Positions 44,840-54,070 of a stretch of DNA of 64,000 nt are shown here, piece after piece (within the stretch, counting starts at the first letter, position 1; every line of letters starts with the position of its first letter). The DNA is from an uncultured Rhodobacteraceae bacterium (GTDB lineage: Bacteria; Pseudomonadota; Alphaproteobacteria; Rhodobacterales; Rhodobacteraceae). Location: positions 198,208 to 262,207 of the forward strand of contig CANMEQ010000001.1 of the NCBI GenBank assembly GCA_947497065.1, in the 5' to 3' direction. A program made the position numbers and the translations under genes. The notes under the pieces are model-generated. The model had not been told where the DNA came from. It searched no databases and saw nothing but the letters and a program-made list of their open reading frames with translations.

Positions 44840-47800
44840 ATGTCAGATCGTGATAGAAACGACTGTGATCATTTGGACGGATACGTTGAGGGTGATGATG
44901 GTGCGAACACCATCGATTCTTCTTACACTGGGGACCGAGACGGAGATCGCATTGATGCGAACGACGCAATTCTACCAGGCGAGCAATCCAATGATGATAT
45001 CGTCTTGGCCGGTGGCGGTGACGACATCGTAAAGTCCGGAAGCGGCGACGATGAAGTTTACGGTGGTGACGATAACGACATGATCTTCGCAGCATCTGGT
45101 GATGACGTTGTTTACGGCGGTTCTGGCGATGACAAAGTCGAAGCAAGTTCTGGCGAAGATGTTGTGTTTGGCGGCGACGGCGATGATGACATCTGGGCCG
45201 GCAAAGATAACGACACTGTTTCCGCGGGCGCAGGCAATGACACAGTTGTTGGTGGCGACGGCGAAGACTTGATTGCTGGCGGGTCCGGCAATGACACGAT
45301 CGATGCTGGCAGCGAGAACGACGAAGTCTATGGCGGCGGCGGTGCTGACTCTATTGAGGGTGGTACGGGCAACGACACGCTGATCGGTGGCAACACTGAG
45401 TTTGACGGCACGCTTGATTTTGACGACCTGTCCACTGGCGAATTGGTCGATGGTCAGTTCGTTGCAAACGGTGTGACGATCACGTCGTCTGATCCTGAGC
45501 ACCCTGTGATGGTGTTTGACACGAACAACCCAACTGGTGGCGACAACGATCTGGCGACTAACAACCTGAACAACGTTCTGATCCTGTCCGAAGACCGCGA
45601 TTCTTCTGACCCGGATGATAACGCGTCTGGTGGTACATTTAACATCGTGTTCGATGGGCCTGCGACAGTGACATCACTGACGATTTTGGATGCCGATCAC
45701 GGTGCATGGGTGAAATACTACGACGTTAACGGCAACCTGCTGCAGCAGATTGACGTGCACACGGCCAACAATGGCCAAGAAGTGATCAGCACAAACCTGA
45801 CAAACGTTGGGTCTATCGAAGTGATCCTCGGTGCATCTGGTGCGATCGACAACCTGACATATTCTATCGACGCTGATGACCTGGATGGGAACGACACCAT
45901 CGATGGTGAAGAGGGCGACGATTACATCGAAGGCAATGCCGGCAACGACAGCCTTGATGGCGGCGAAGGCAACGATGAGATCTTCGGCGGCACAGGCGAT
46001 GACCGTATCTTCGGCAACGACGGTAACGACACGCAGTTTGGCGGCGAAGGCAACGATGTTCTTGGCGGCGCTGATTTCGGCGACGATACGTATTTTGGTG
46101 GCGCTGGCGACGATATGGTCGAAGCGTCTTTCGGCGATGACCTGATCTTTGGTGGTGAAGGCAACGACGACCTGTGGGCGTCTTCCGACAACGATGAAGT
46201 CTTCGGCGGTGACGGCGATGACAACGTTTATGGTGGTCAGGGGACTGACACTGTATCTGGCGACGACGGCAACGACACATTGTCTGGCGGTTCTGGCGCG
46301 GACACTGTGTTTGGTGGTGCTGGCGACGACGTCATTGACGGTGACCTGCTGTACAAAGATGACAACGGGGCTGCTGGCAACGATCAGTTGTTTGGTGGCG
46401 ACGATGCCGATACGATCATTGCGAACGCAGGTGACACCGTGGACGGTGGCGCTGGCGGCAATGACCACGATATTCTTGATCTGACAGGCGAAGGCCCGTT
46501 CTTCTTGGCCGGTCCTGATGGCACAGGCAGCCCAGTTGCAGACAGCAACGGCAATGGTCTCGACGGGACGGTTATTTTTGTTGACGAAGATGGTGAGCCA
46601 ACGGGCGAAACACTGTCCTTCACCGAGATCGAGCAGATCATCGGCGACGAAGTGAACCGTGGCCCAGAAGCGGGTAACGACACTGCGTCAACCGACGAAG
46701 ATACTCCTGTCACGATCAGCGTTTTGGACAACGACAGCGACCCAGACGGCGATACGCTGACAATCACTGAAGCGTCTGTTTCTGCCGATCAGGGCACAGT
46801 TGAAATCGTCAACGGTGAGCTGGTGTTTACGCCTGCTGAAAACTTCAACGGCGAAGCAACAATCACATACACTGTTTCCGACGGGAACGGCGGCGAAGAC
46901 ACAGCGACAGTTACTGTTGATGTGGCACCTGTGAACGATGCACCTGATGCGGTTGATGACGCTGATACAACAGATGAAGACACACCTATCACTGTTGATC
47001 TGCTGGCAAATGACACAGATGTTGACGGCGATGACCTGACTGTTGTTTCCGCGAGTGTTCCTGCGTCGCAGGGTAGCTTGGTTGATAATGGCGACGGGAC
47101 TGTCACCTTTACACCAGCTCCAAACTTCAACGGTGAAGCGACAATCACGTACACCATCGAAGACGAAGATGGCCTGCAGGACACAGCGACACATGTCATC
47201 ACAGTTGAACCTGTGAATGACGATCCGATCGCATGCCCAGACCACTATTTCGTCAACGAAGACGAAACGACTGGCGATCTGGACGGCAATGTCATCACGA
47301 ACCCAAGCGACAATGGCGCGGGTCTGGACATCGATCCGGACGGTGACACGCTGACAGTTGTGGCCATTGATGGCGACGATACAGCTGTGGGCACGGTTGT
47401 GACCGGGTCCAATGGCGGTGAGTTTGTTCTGAACGCTGATGGATCTTTCGACTTCTCTGCGAACGGTGATTTCGAAGAGCTGGGCGTTGGTGAAACAGCT
47501 GACACGCAGATCACATACACTGTATCTGACGGGAACGGCGGCGAAGCGACAACAACGCTGACCATCACAATCAACGGTCAGAACGACGGCCCGGTTGCGA
47601 CAGACAATGATTACGTCGAAAGTGCGGACGATTCTGCGACAGATATCGACGGAAACATCCTGCGCGATGACACCGGCGATGGCGCTGATTTCGATGTGGA
47701 CGGTGATTTGATCCGCGTTGTGTCCATCACCAATGGCACTGACACCGATGCGCCGAATGATCCGTTCGGGAACACCGGCTCTCCTGCGACTGTTGCAGGT

Positions 47801-50800
47801 GATAACGGCGGCATCATCACGATCTACAACGGTGGGAACGTACAGTTCGATCCGAATGGTGAGTTCGATGATCTGGCCGAGGGTGAAACAGCAACGACAT
47901 CTGTGACTTACACCATTGAAGACGAAAATGGTGCGCAAGATACGGCTGTTGTGACATTCACAGTGACCGGTACAAACGACGCGCCAGTGGCCGTTTTGGA
48001 CACCGACACAACGGACGAAGACACAGCCATCACGCTCGACAATGTTCTGGGCAACGATGAAGACATCGATGGTGATACGCTGACTGTATCCGAAGTGAAC
48101 GGCGACCCAGCAAACGTTGGCGAACCGATCGCAGGTGACAACGGTGGTCTGATCACGATCAACGAAGATGGTACTGCGTCCTTCGATCCAAACGGTGAGT
48201 TCGAAGCGCTCGGCGATGGTGAAACGGCTGAGACAGAAGTGACTTACACAGTCACTGACCCAAGCGGTGCAACAAGCACAACAACGGTTACGGTCACTGT
48301 AACCGGTGTGAATGATGCGCCAAATGCGGTCGATAGCTCTTATGTTGTTGCGCAAGATGAAGCGGCTGGTGATGTGGATGCGAATGCACTCACAGATGAC
48401 ACTGGCGAAGGCGTGGACAGCGATCCTGAGGGCGACGACCTGACAGTTGTGGCCGTTGAGGGTGACACTGGAAACGTTGGCGGTGTTGTGGCTGGCGACA
48501 ATGGTGGCTTGTTCACAATCAATGCTGACGGGTCTGTCGACTTTGATGCGAATGACGAGTTCGATGGCCTAGGCGAGGGCGAAACAGCCACGACCACGGT
48601 GTCTTACACCATCGCTGACGAAGACGGTCTGGAAGACACGGCGACTGTGACGTTCACTGTGACAGGGACAAACGACGGTCCTGTGGCTGTTGAAGACACA
48701 GACGAGACCGATCAGGATACGGCGATTGTTCTGGACAATGTTCTGGGCAACGACAGCGACCCTGATGGCGATACGCTGACAGTGGCGTCTGTTGATGGCG
48801 ATGCGGCGAATGTTGGTACACCTATCGCAGGTGACAACGGTGGTCTGATCACGATCAACGCAGACGGCACAGCCTCCTTCGATCCGAACGGCGACTTTGA
48901 CGATCTGGGCACAGGTGACACCGAAGAAACAGCGGTTACCTACACCATCACAGACGGCAACGGCGGCACTGACACAACGACTGTGACGGTCACTGTGACA
49001 GGCACGAACGACGCGCCTGAGGCGACAAACAGCTCTTACGTTGTGGCGCAGGACGAAGCCTTTGGTGACGAAGACGCGAATGCGATCACAGACGACACAG
49101 GCGACGGTGTTGACAGCGATGTTGACGGCGATCCGCTGACAGTTGCGGCTGTTGACGGTGCTGCGGCGAACGTTGGTCAGCCGGTGGCTGGTGACAACGG
49201 TGGTCTGTTCACAATTGCGGAAGACGGCACGGTCGACTTCTCTGCGAACGGTGAGTTTGATGATCTGGGTGAGGGCGAAACAGCCTCCACAACAGTGACT
49301 TACACCATCACCGATCCAGAAGGTGGCACCGACACAGCGACTGTTACCTTTACTGTGACAGGTACGAACGACGGCCCAGTGGCTGTTGAAGACACTGATG
49401 CGACCGATCAGGATACTGCGATTGTTCTGGACAATGTTCTGGGCAACGACAGCGACCCTGATGGCGATACGCTGACAGTGGCGTCTGTTGATGGCGATGC
49501 GGCGAATGTTGGTACACCTATCGCAGGTGACAACGGTGGTCTGATCACGATCAACGCAGACGGCACAGCCTCCTTCGATCCGAACGGCGACTTTGACGAT
49601 CTGGGCACAGGTGACACCGAAGAAACAGCGGTTACCTACACGATCACAGACGGCAACGGCGGCACTGACACAACGACTGTGACGGTCACTGTGACAGGCA
49701 CGAACGACGCGCCTGAGGCGACAAACAGCTCTTACGTTGTGGCGCAGGACGAAGCCTTTGGTGATGTGGACGCGAATGCGATCACAGACGACACAGGCGA
49801 CGGTGTCGACAGCGATGTTGACGGCGATCCGCTGACAGTTGCGGCTGTTGACGGTGCTGCGGCGAACGTTGGTCAGCCGGTGGCTGGCGACAACGGTGGT
49901 CTGTTCACAATTGCAGAAGACGGCACGGTCGACTTCTCTGCGAACGGTGAGTTTGATGATCTGGGTGAGGGCGAAACAGCCTCCACAACAGTGACTTACA
50001 CAATCACCGATCCAGAAGGTGGCACCGACACGGCGACTGTGACCTTCACTGTGACTGGCACAAACGACGGCCCAGTGGCTGTTGAAGATACCTTCACAAC
50101 GGATGAAGACACAGTGTCTGAGCTTGGCAACGTTCTGGACAACGACAGCGACCCAGACAGCGATCCGCTGACTGTTGCTGAAGTGAACGGCGACCCTGCG
50201 AATGTTGGTCAACCGGTTGCTGGTTCTGAGGGTGGCTTGGTCACCATCAACCCAGACGGCACGATTAGCTTTGACCCGAATGGTGAGTTCGACGAACTTT
50301 CCCCAGGTGAAAGCGTTGAGACGACTGTTACGTACACTGTAACTGACCCATCCGGTGCTGAGGCGACTGAAACTGTGACCATCACAGTGAATGGCGTGAA
50401 CGATGGCCCAGAAGCGACAGACAACGCCTATGTTGTGTCGTTGACTGAAACAGCTGGCGACGTGGACGGAAACGTTATCACTGAAGACACTGGCGACGGT
50501 GTTGATAGTGATCCGGAAGACGACGATCTGACTGTTGTTGCTGTGGACGGCGATGCTGCGAATGTTGGCAATGTTGTTGCTGGCGACAACGGCGGGACGT
50601 TCACAATCAATGACGACGGTACAGTCGACTTTGATGCGGGCGACGACTTTGACGATCTTGGTCTTGGCGAAACGCGCGACACGTCTGTCACGTACACAAT
50701 CGCTGATGAAAACGGTGCAACGGATACGGCGACAGCCACATTCACAGTCACTGGCATCAACGACGGTACAGTGCAGGGCACAGCCGGCAACGATGTGATC

Positions 50801-53782
50801 AATCCAGACATCCCATATGTGGATGCCGACGGTGATATTGTTGACGCTGGCGACGGCATCCTGCCGGGTGACGAAGACACAGACAATGATGTGATCGAAG
50901 GCTTCGGCGGCGATGACAGCATTGATGCAGGTGCTGGCGATGACGTGGTGTTTGGTGGTGCGGATGACGACACGATCGATGGCAACATCGGCGATGACGA
51001 GTTGTTCGGTGGCCAAGGCGATGATGACATCGAAGGCGGCGAAGGTGATGATGTGGTTGACGGCGGTGCCGGTGACGATGTTCTGAACGGCGGCGACGGT
51101 GATGACACTGTGGTTGGCGGCGCAGGCAACGACACCATTGATGGCAACGACGGTGACGATGAACTGCGTGGCGGTTCTGGCGACGATGTTATTAATGGGT
51201 CTGAGGGCGAAGACACATTGTTTGGTGGCACTGACGCCGACGGTATTGACCTTGGCGGCGATGACGTCCTGTTTGGCGGTGCCGACGATGACACTGTCAT
51301 CGGTGGCGCTGGCGAAGACATTGTATCTGGCGACGAAGGCAACGATGAGCTTCATGGCGGTCTTGGCGATGACACCTTGTTGGGTGGCGACGGCAACGAC
51401 GTGATCGAAGATGTCGAAGGCAATGACAGCGTTGAAGGCGGCGACGGTAACGATATTATCAACGTTGGTTCTACGCAGGGTGATGAAAACCCTGATGTTG
51501 GTTACCCTGAGCAGCCATCTGCGACGGTCCCGGACCTTGTGTTCCCTGGCTATGACGCGGACGAAGATCCAAACGATGACAAAGACTTTGTCGACGGTGG
51601 TGCGGGTGATGATATCATCAACACAGGCGACGACGATGACACCATCATCGGTGGGTCCGGTAACGACACAATCAACGCAGGCTTCGACGATGATACCGTC
51701 GATGGCGGCACCGGTGATGACTTTATCGAAGGTGGCGAAGGCAACGATACGGTTGAAGGCGGTGACGGCGACGACACTATCTTCGGTGGGATCGATGACC
51801 CATTGGCTGACGCGGTAAGCTTCCCTGATGATGAGCCTGACGCGCTTGGGTTCCAGGATCTTGTGCCTGAAAACAACGGTGATGTGCTGTTTGGCGGTGC
51901 TGGCAACGATACGATCTTTGGCCAAGACGACGACGACAGCCTGTTTGGTGGCGACGGCGACGATGTTCTTGACGGTGGTATCGACGACGACATGATCCAA
52001 GGCGGCGACGGCAACGATGTTGTTATTGGTGGTCAAGGCGATGACAGCCTGACCGGCAACGACGGCAACGACACTGTTGTCGGTGGTGACGGCGCGGATA
52101 TCGTACGTGGCGGTACTGGCGACGACGATCTGACCGGTGACGATGGCATGGACATGCTGTTCGGTGGTGCTGGAAACGACACCATTGATGGCGGTGACGA
52201 CGACGATAAGATCGAAGGTGGATCTGGCGATGATACGATCATCGGTGGCGCCGGTAACGACGATCTTTGGGGCGCATCTGGTGATGACTCTGTCGACGGT
52301 GGCACGGGTGATGACGTTATCAACACAGCCGAAGGCAACGATGTTGTCGAAGGTGGTGACGGCGATGACGTTATCGACACGGCCAACGACGAAACACCTG
52401 AAATTGTAGTGCTACCTGATGGGATTTTGCTGACAGGTGAAAACCTGCCAGATGTTGGTTATCCAGGTGCTTATGAAGCGGATGCCGATCCGTTTGATGA
52501 CCTCGACACAGTCTTTGGCGGAGCTGGCAACGACAGCATCACCACAGGCGATGACGATGACACCATCTTTGGTGGCACCGGTGACGATAATATCGACGCT
52601 GGCATCGACGATGACTTTGTTGAAGGTGGCGAAGGCAACGACACGATCCTTGGGTCCGAAGGTAACGACGAAATCTACGGTGAAGACGGTGACGACGTTA
52701 TCTATGGTGGCCTAGCACCTGGTGATGGTGATTTCGCAGACCTGCCAAACGATTTGGATGGTGATGGCGACAGCAACGATCCGGGTGAAGACCTTGTCAC
52801 CGACAACAACAACGACACGTTGTTCGGCGGCGCGGGTAACGACTTCATCACAGGTAACGACGACGATGACACATTGTACGGCGGTACAGGGAATGACGTT
52901 CTAGATGGCGGCATCGATGATGACACGATCTACGGCGATGAGGGTGAAGACACGATCATTGGTGGTCAGGGCACGGACGAATTGTTCGGCGGCTTGGGCT
53001 CCGACACATTCCTTGGCGGTGACGGCGGTGATGTGGTTGTTGGTGGCGAAGACCCCGATGATACCGATGTTGATGTTCTGGATCTGACTGGATCTGGCGT
53101 TGATTTCATCACTTACGTTGATGGTGACCCAGAGGCAGGTGAAGTGACCTTCCTTGACGGCTCCACCATGACCTTCTCTGAGATCGAGAATGTGATCCCG
53201 TGCTTTACGCCGGGCACCACAATCGCGACACCGAAGGGGGAGCGTTTGGTTGAAGAACTGCGCGAAGGTGATCGGATCATCACACGGGACAACGGTATCC
53301 AAGAAATCCGTTGGGTTGGCCGCAAAGAGATGTCTGGCAAGGCGCTGGTCGCCAATTCGCATCTCAAGCCGATCCTGATCCGTGCGGGTGCATTGGGCAA
53401 CGGTCTGCCTGAGCGCGATATGCTCGTGTCTCCGAACCACCGTTGTTTGGTCGCCTCCGAGAAGACACAGCTCTACTTTGAAGAGCGTGAAGTTCTCGCA
53501 GCGGCGAAACACCTGGTCGGGTCCGAGGGTATTCATGCGGTTGATGTGATGGGCACGTCCTACATCCACTTCATGTTCGACCGCCACGAAGTGGTTCTGT
53601 CGAACGGCGCATGGACGGAAAGCTTCCAGCCAGGTGATTACAGCCTGAAAGGGATCGGGAATGCACAGCGCAACGAAATCTTTGAGCTGTTCCCAGAGCT
53701 ACAGGAACGTCAGGGGCTGGAAGGCTACCAGTCAGCCCGTCGCGCCCTGAAGAAGCACGAAGCCAAGTTGCTGATCAAGTAA
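44840..53782 (+). CDS. Giant (2980 aa) acidic RTX / Ig-like-repeat protein with C-terminal Hint (BIL) domain; probable surface adhesin
   Basis: Dozens of GGxGxDxL/I nonapeptides; 12 N-D-x-P-initiated Ig-like repeats; C-terminal CFTPGT...SPNHR...YIHFMFDRHE...NGAWTESF. AGGA SD; no N-terminal signal peptide. Confidence 0.92.
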   Translation: MSDRDRNDCDHLDGYVEGDDGANTIDSSYTGDRDGDRIDANDAILPGEQSNDDIVLAGGGDDIVKSGSGDDEVYGGDDNDMIFAASGDDVVYGGSGDDKVEASSGEDVVFGGDGDDDIWAGKDNDTVSAGAGNDTVVGGDGEDLIAGGSGNDTIDAGSENDEVYGGGGADSIEGGTGNDTLIGGNTEFDGTLDFDDLSTGELVDGQFVANGVTITSSDPEHPVMVFDTNNPTGGDNDLATNNLNNVLILSEDRDSSDPDDNASGGTFNIVFDGPATVTSLTILDADHGAWVKYYDVNGNLLQQIDVHTANNGQEVISTNLTNVGSIEVILGASGAIDNLTYSIDADDLDGNDTIDGEEGDDYIEGNAGNDSLDGGEGNDEIFGGTGDDRIFGNDGNDTQFGGEGNDVLGGADFGDDTYFGGAGDDMVEASFGDDLIFGGEGNDDLWASSDNDEVFGGDGDDNVYGGQGTDTVSGDDGNDTLSGGSGADTVFGGAGDDVIDGDLLYKDDNGAAGNDQLFGGDDADTIIANAGDTVDGGAGGNDHDILDLTGEGPFFLAGPDGTGSPVADSNGNGLDGTVIFVDEDGEPTGETLSFTEIEQIIGDEVNRGPEAGNDTASTDEDTPVTISVLDNDSDPDGDTLTITEASVSADQGTVEIVNGELVFTPAENFNGEATITYTVSDGNGGEDTATVTVDVAPVNDAPDAVDDADTTDEDTPITVDLLANDTDVDGDDLTVVSASVPASQGSLVDNGDGTVTFTPAPNFNGEATITYTIEDEDGLQDTATHVITVEPVNDDPIACPDHYFVNEDETTGDLDGNVITNPSDNGAGLDIDPDGDTLTVVAIDGDDTAVGTVVTGSNGGEFVLNADGSFDFSANGDFEELGVGETADTQITYTVSDGNGGEATTTLTITINGQNDGPVATDNDYVESADDSATDIDGNILRDDTGDGADFDVDGDLIRVVSITNGTDTDAPNDPFGNTGSPATVAGDNGGIITIYNGGNVQFDPNGEFDDLAEGETATTSVTYTIEDENGAQDTAVVTFTVTGTNDAPVAVLDTDTTDEDTAITLDNVLGNDEDIDGDTLTVSEVNGDPANVGEPIAGDNGGLITINEDGTASFDPNGEFEALGDGETAETEVTYTVTDPSGATSTTTVTVTVTGVNDAPNAVDSSYVVAQDEAAGDVDANALTDDTGEGVDSDPEGDDLTVVAVEGDTGNVGGVVAGDNGGLFTINADGSVDFDANDEFDGLGEGETATTTVSYTIADEDGLEDTATVTFTVTGTNDGPVAVEDTDETDQDTAIVLDNVLGNDSDPDGDTLTVASVDGDAANVGTPIAGDNGGLITINADGTASFDPNGDFDDLGTGDTEETAVTYTITDGNGGTDTTTVTVTVTGTNDAPEATNSSYVVAQDEAFGDEDANAITDDTGDGVDSDVDGDPLTVAAVDGAAANVGQPVAGDNGGLFTIAEDGTVDFSANGEFDDLGEGETASTTVTYTITDPEGGTDTATVTFTVTGTNDGPVAVEDTDATDQDTAIVLDNVLGNDSDPDGDTLTVASVDGDAANVGTPIAGDNGGLITINADGTASFDPNGDFDDLGTGDTEETAVTYTITDGNGGTDTTTVTVTVTGTNDAPEATNSSYVVAQDEAFGDVDANAITDDTGDGVDSDVDGDPLTVAAVDGAAANVGQPVAGDNGGLFTIAEDGTVDFSANGEFDDLGEGETASTTVTYTITDPEGGTDTATVTFTVTGTNDGPVAVEDTFTTDEDTVSELGNVLDNDSDPDSDPLTVAEVNGDPANVGQPVAGSEGGLVTINPDGTISFDPNGEFDELSPGESVETTVTYTVTDPSGAEATETVTITVNGVNDGPEATDNAYVVSLTETAGDVDGNVITEDTGDGVDSDPEDDDLTVVAVDGDAANVGNVVAGDNGGTFTINDDGTVDFDAGDDFDDLGLGETRDTSVTYTIADENGATDTATATFTVTGINDGTVQGTAGNDVINPDIPYVDADGDIVDAGDGILPGDEDTDNDVIEGFGGDDSIDAGAGDDVVFGGADDDTIDGNIGDDELFGGQGDDDIEGGEGDDVVDGGAGDDVLNGGDGDDTVVGGAGNDTIDGNDGDDELRGGSGDDVINGSEGEDTLFGGTDADGIDLGGDDVLFGGADDDTVIGGAGEDIVSGDEGNDELHGGLGDDTLLGGDGNDVIEDVEGNDSVEGGDGNDIINVGSTQGDENPDVGYPEQPSATVPDLVFPGYDADEDPNDDKDFVDGGAGDDIINTGDDDDTIIGGSGNDTINAGFDDDTVDGGTGDDFIEGGEGNDTVEGGDGDDTIFGGIDDPLADAVSFPDDEPDALGFQDLVPENNGDVLFGGAGNDTIFGQDDDDSLFGGDGDDVLDGGIDDDMIQGGDGNDVVIGGQGDDSLTGNDGNDTVVGGDGADIVRGGTGDDDLTGDDGMDMLFGGAGNDTIDGGDDDDKIEGGSGDDTIIGGAGNDDLWGASGDDSVDGGTGDDVINTAEGNDVVEGGDGDDVIDTANDETPEIVVLPDGILLTGENLPDVGYPGAYEADADPFDDLDTVFGGAGNDSITTGDDDDTIFGGTGDDNIDAGIDDDFVEGGEGNDTILGSEGNDEIYGEDGDDVIYGGLAPGDGDFADLPNDLDGDGDSNDPGEDLVTDNNNDTLFGGAGNDFITGNDDDDTLYGGTGNDVLDGGIDDDTIYGDEGEDTIIGGQGTDELFGGLGSDTFLGGDGGDVVVGGEDPDDTDVDVLDLTGSGVDFITYVDGDPEAGEVTFLDGSTMTFSEIENVIPCFTPGTTIATPKGERLVEELREGDRIITRDNGIQEIRWVGRKEMSGKALVANSHLKPILIRAGALGNGLPERDMLVSPNHRCLVASEKTQLYFEEREVLAAAKHLVGSEGIHAVDVMGTSYIHFMFDRHEVVLSNGAWTESFQPGDYSLKGIGNAQRNEIFELFPELQERQGLEGYQSARRALKKHEAKLLIK
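46655..50758 (+). repeat. Array of 12 Ig/cadherin-like repeats (about 95-131 aa each)
   Basis: Each unit begins N(D/R)(A/G/D)P.A and ends YT(V/I).D..G..D/S..T...TV.G/P. Confidence 0.9.
48671..50062 (+). repeat. Near-identical tandem duplication, 2 x 696 bp (48671-49366 and 49367-50062)
   Basis: Long exact DNA matches at a constant 696-bp offset. The ORF track also shows identical antisense peptides at 48712 and 49408. Confidence 0.93.
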
Positions 53783-53790
53783 ACGACTAT

Positions 53791-53866
53791 GAACCAGCCC
53801 GAGCGAATCGGGCTGGTTTCACGAAAAAGAAGCCCGGACGCGAAACAGCGTTCGGGCATTTTTTAT
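53791..53866 (+). terminator. Tandem hairpins / Rho-independent terminator after the giant gene
   Basis: AACCAGCCCGA/TCGGGCTGGTT hairpin (53792-53818), then GCCCGGACGC/GCGTTCGGGC hairpin (53832-53857) followed by ATTTTTTAT. Confidence 0.82.
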
Positions 53867-54070
53867 GCAGTTTTATTCATATTTTTTGAAATTGTTGCGG
53901 GTTTCGATTTAATGGCGCGCGACGCCGGCTTTTGTTAATCGCCCTTTCTATTTTAACGTGCGTGCGCGTTTTTTCCCCGCTAATGAAAGAAAGACTTCAT
54001 TTACAAATACCAAAGTATGGTCCGGCTTGGGCCTGTTTTAAGTTAGCTAACGCACACGAGGATGCACCCC

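Noticed and set aside
46655-50758. Repeat array considered as CRISPR or a mobile element
   Set aside because: The units are in-frame 285-393-bp coding repeats with no short repeat-spacer structure, no cas genes and no terminal inverted repeats.
45674-52036. Very long antisense ORFs (1155 aa at 48569-52036, 555 aa at 46688-48355, and others) inside the giant gene
   Set aside because: These are shadows of the sense gene's Asp/Gly/Thr codon bias, which rarely creates reverse-strand stops. The translations are V/I/A/R low-complexity text that mirrors the repeats and has no motifs.
53201-53782. Hint domains as selfish inteins
   Set aside because: No homing-endonuclease motifs, no His-Asn plus C/S/T splice junction and no conserved host extein. 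The pattern fits B-type BIL domains.
53930-54051. TTAA/TAAC half-sites upstream of the Hint genes as CtrA boxes
   Set aside because: Spacings are 14 and 5 nt rather than 7, which is expected by chance in AT-rich DNA. The same holds upstream of the giant gene.
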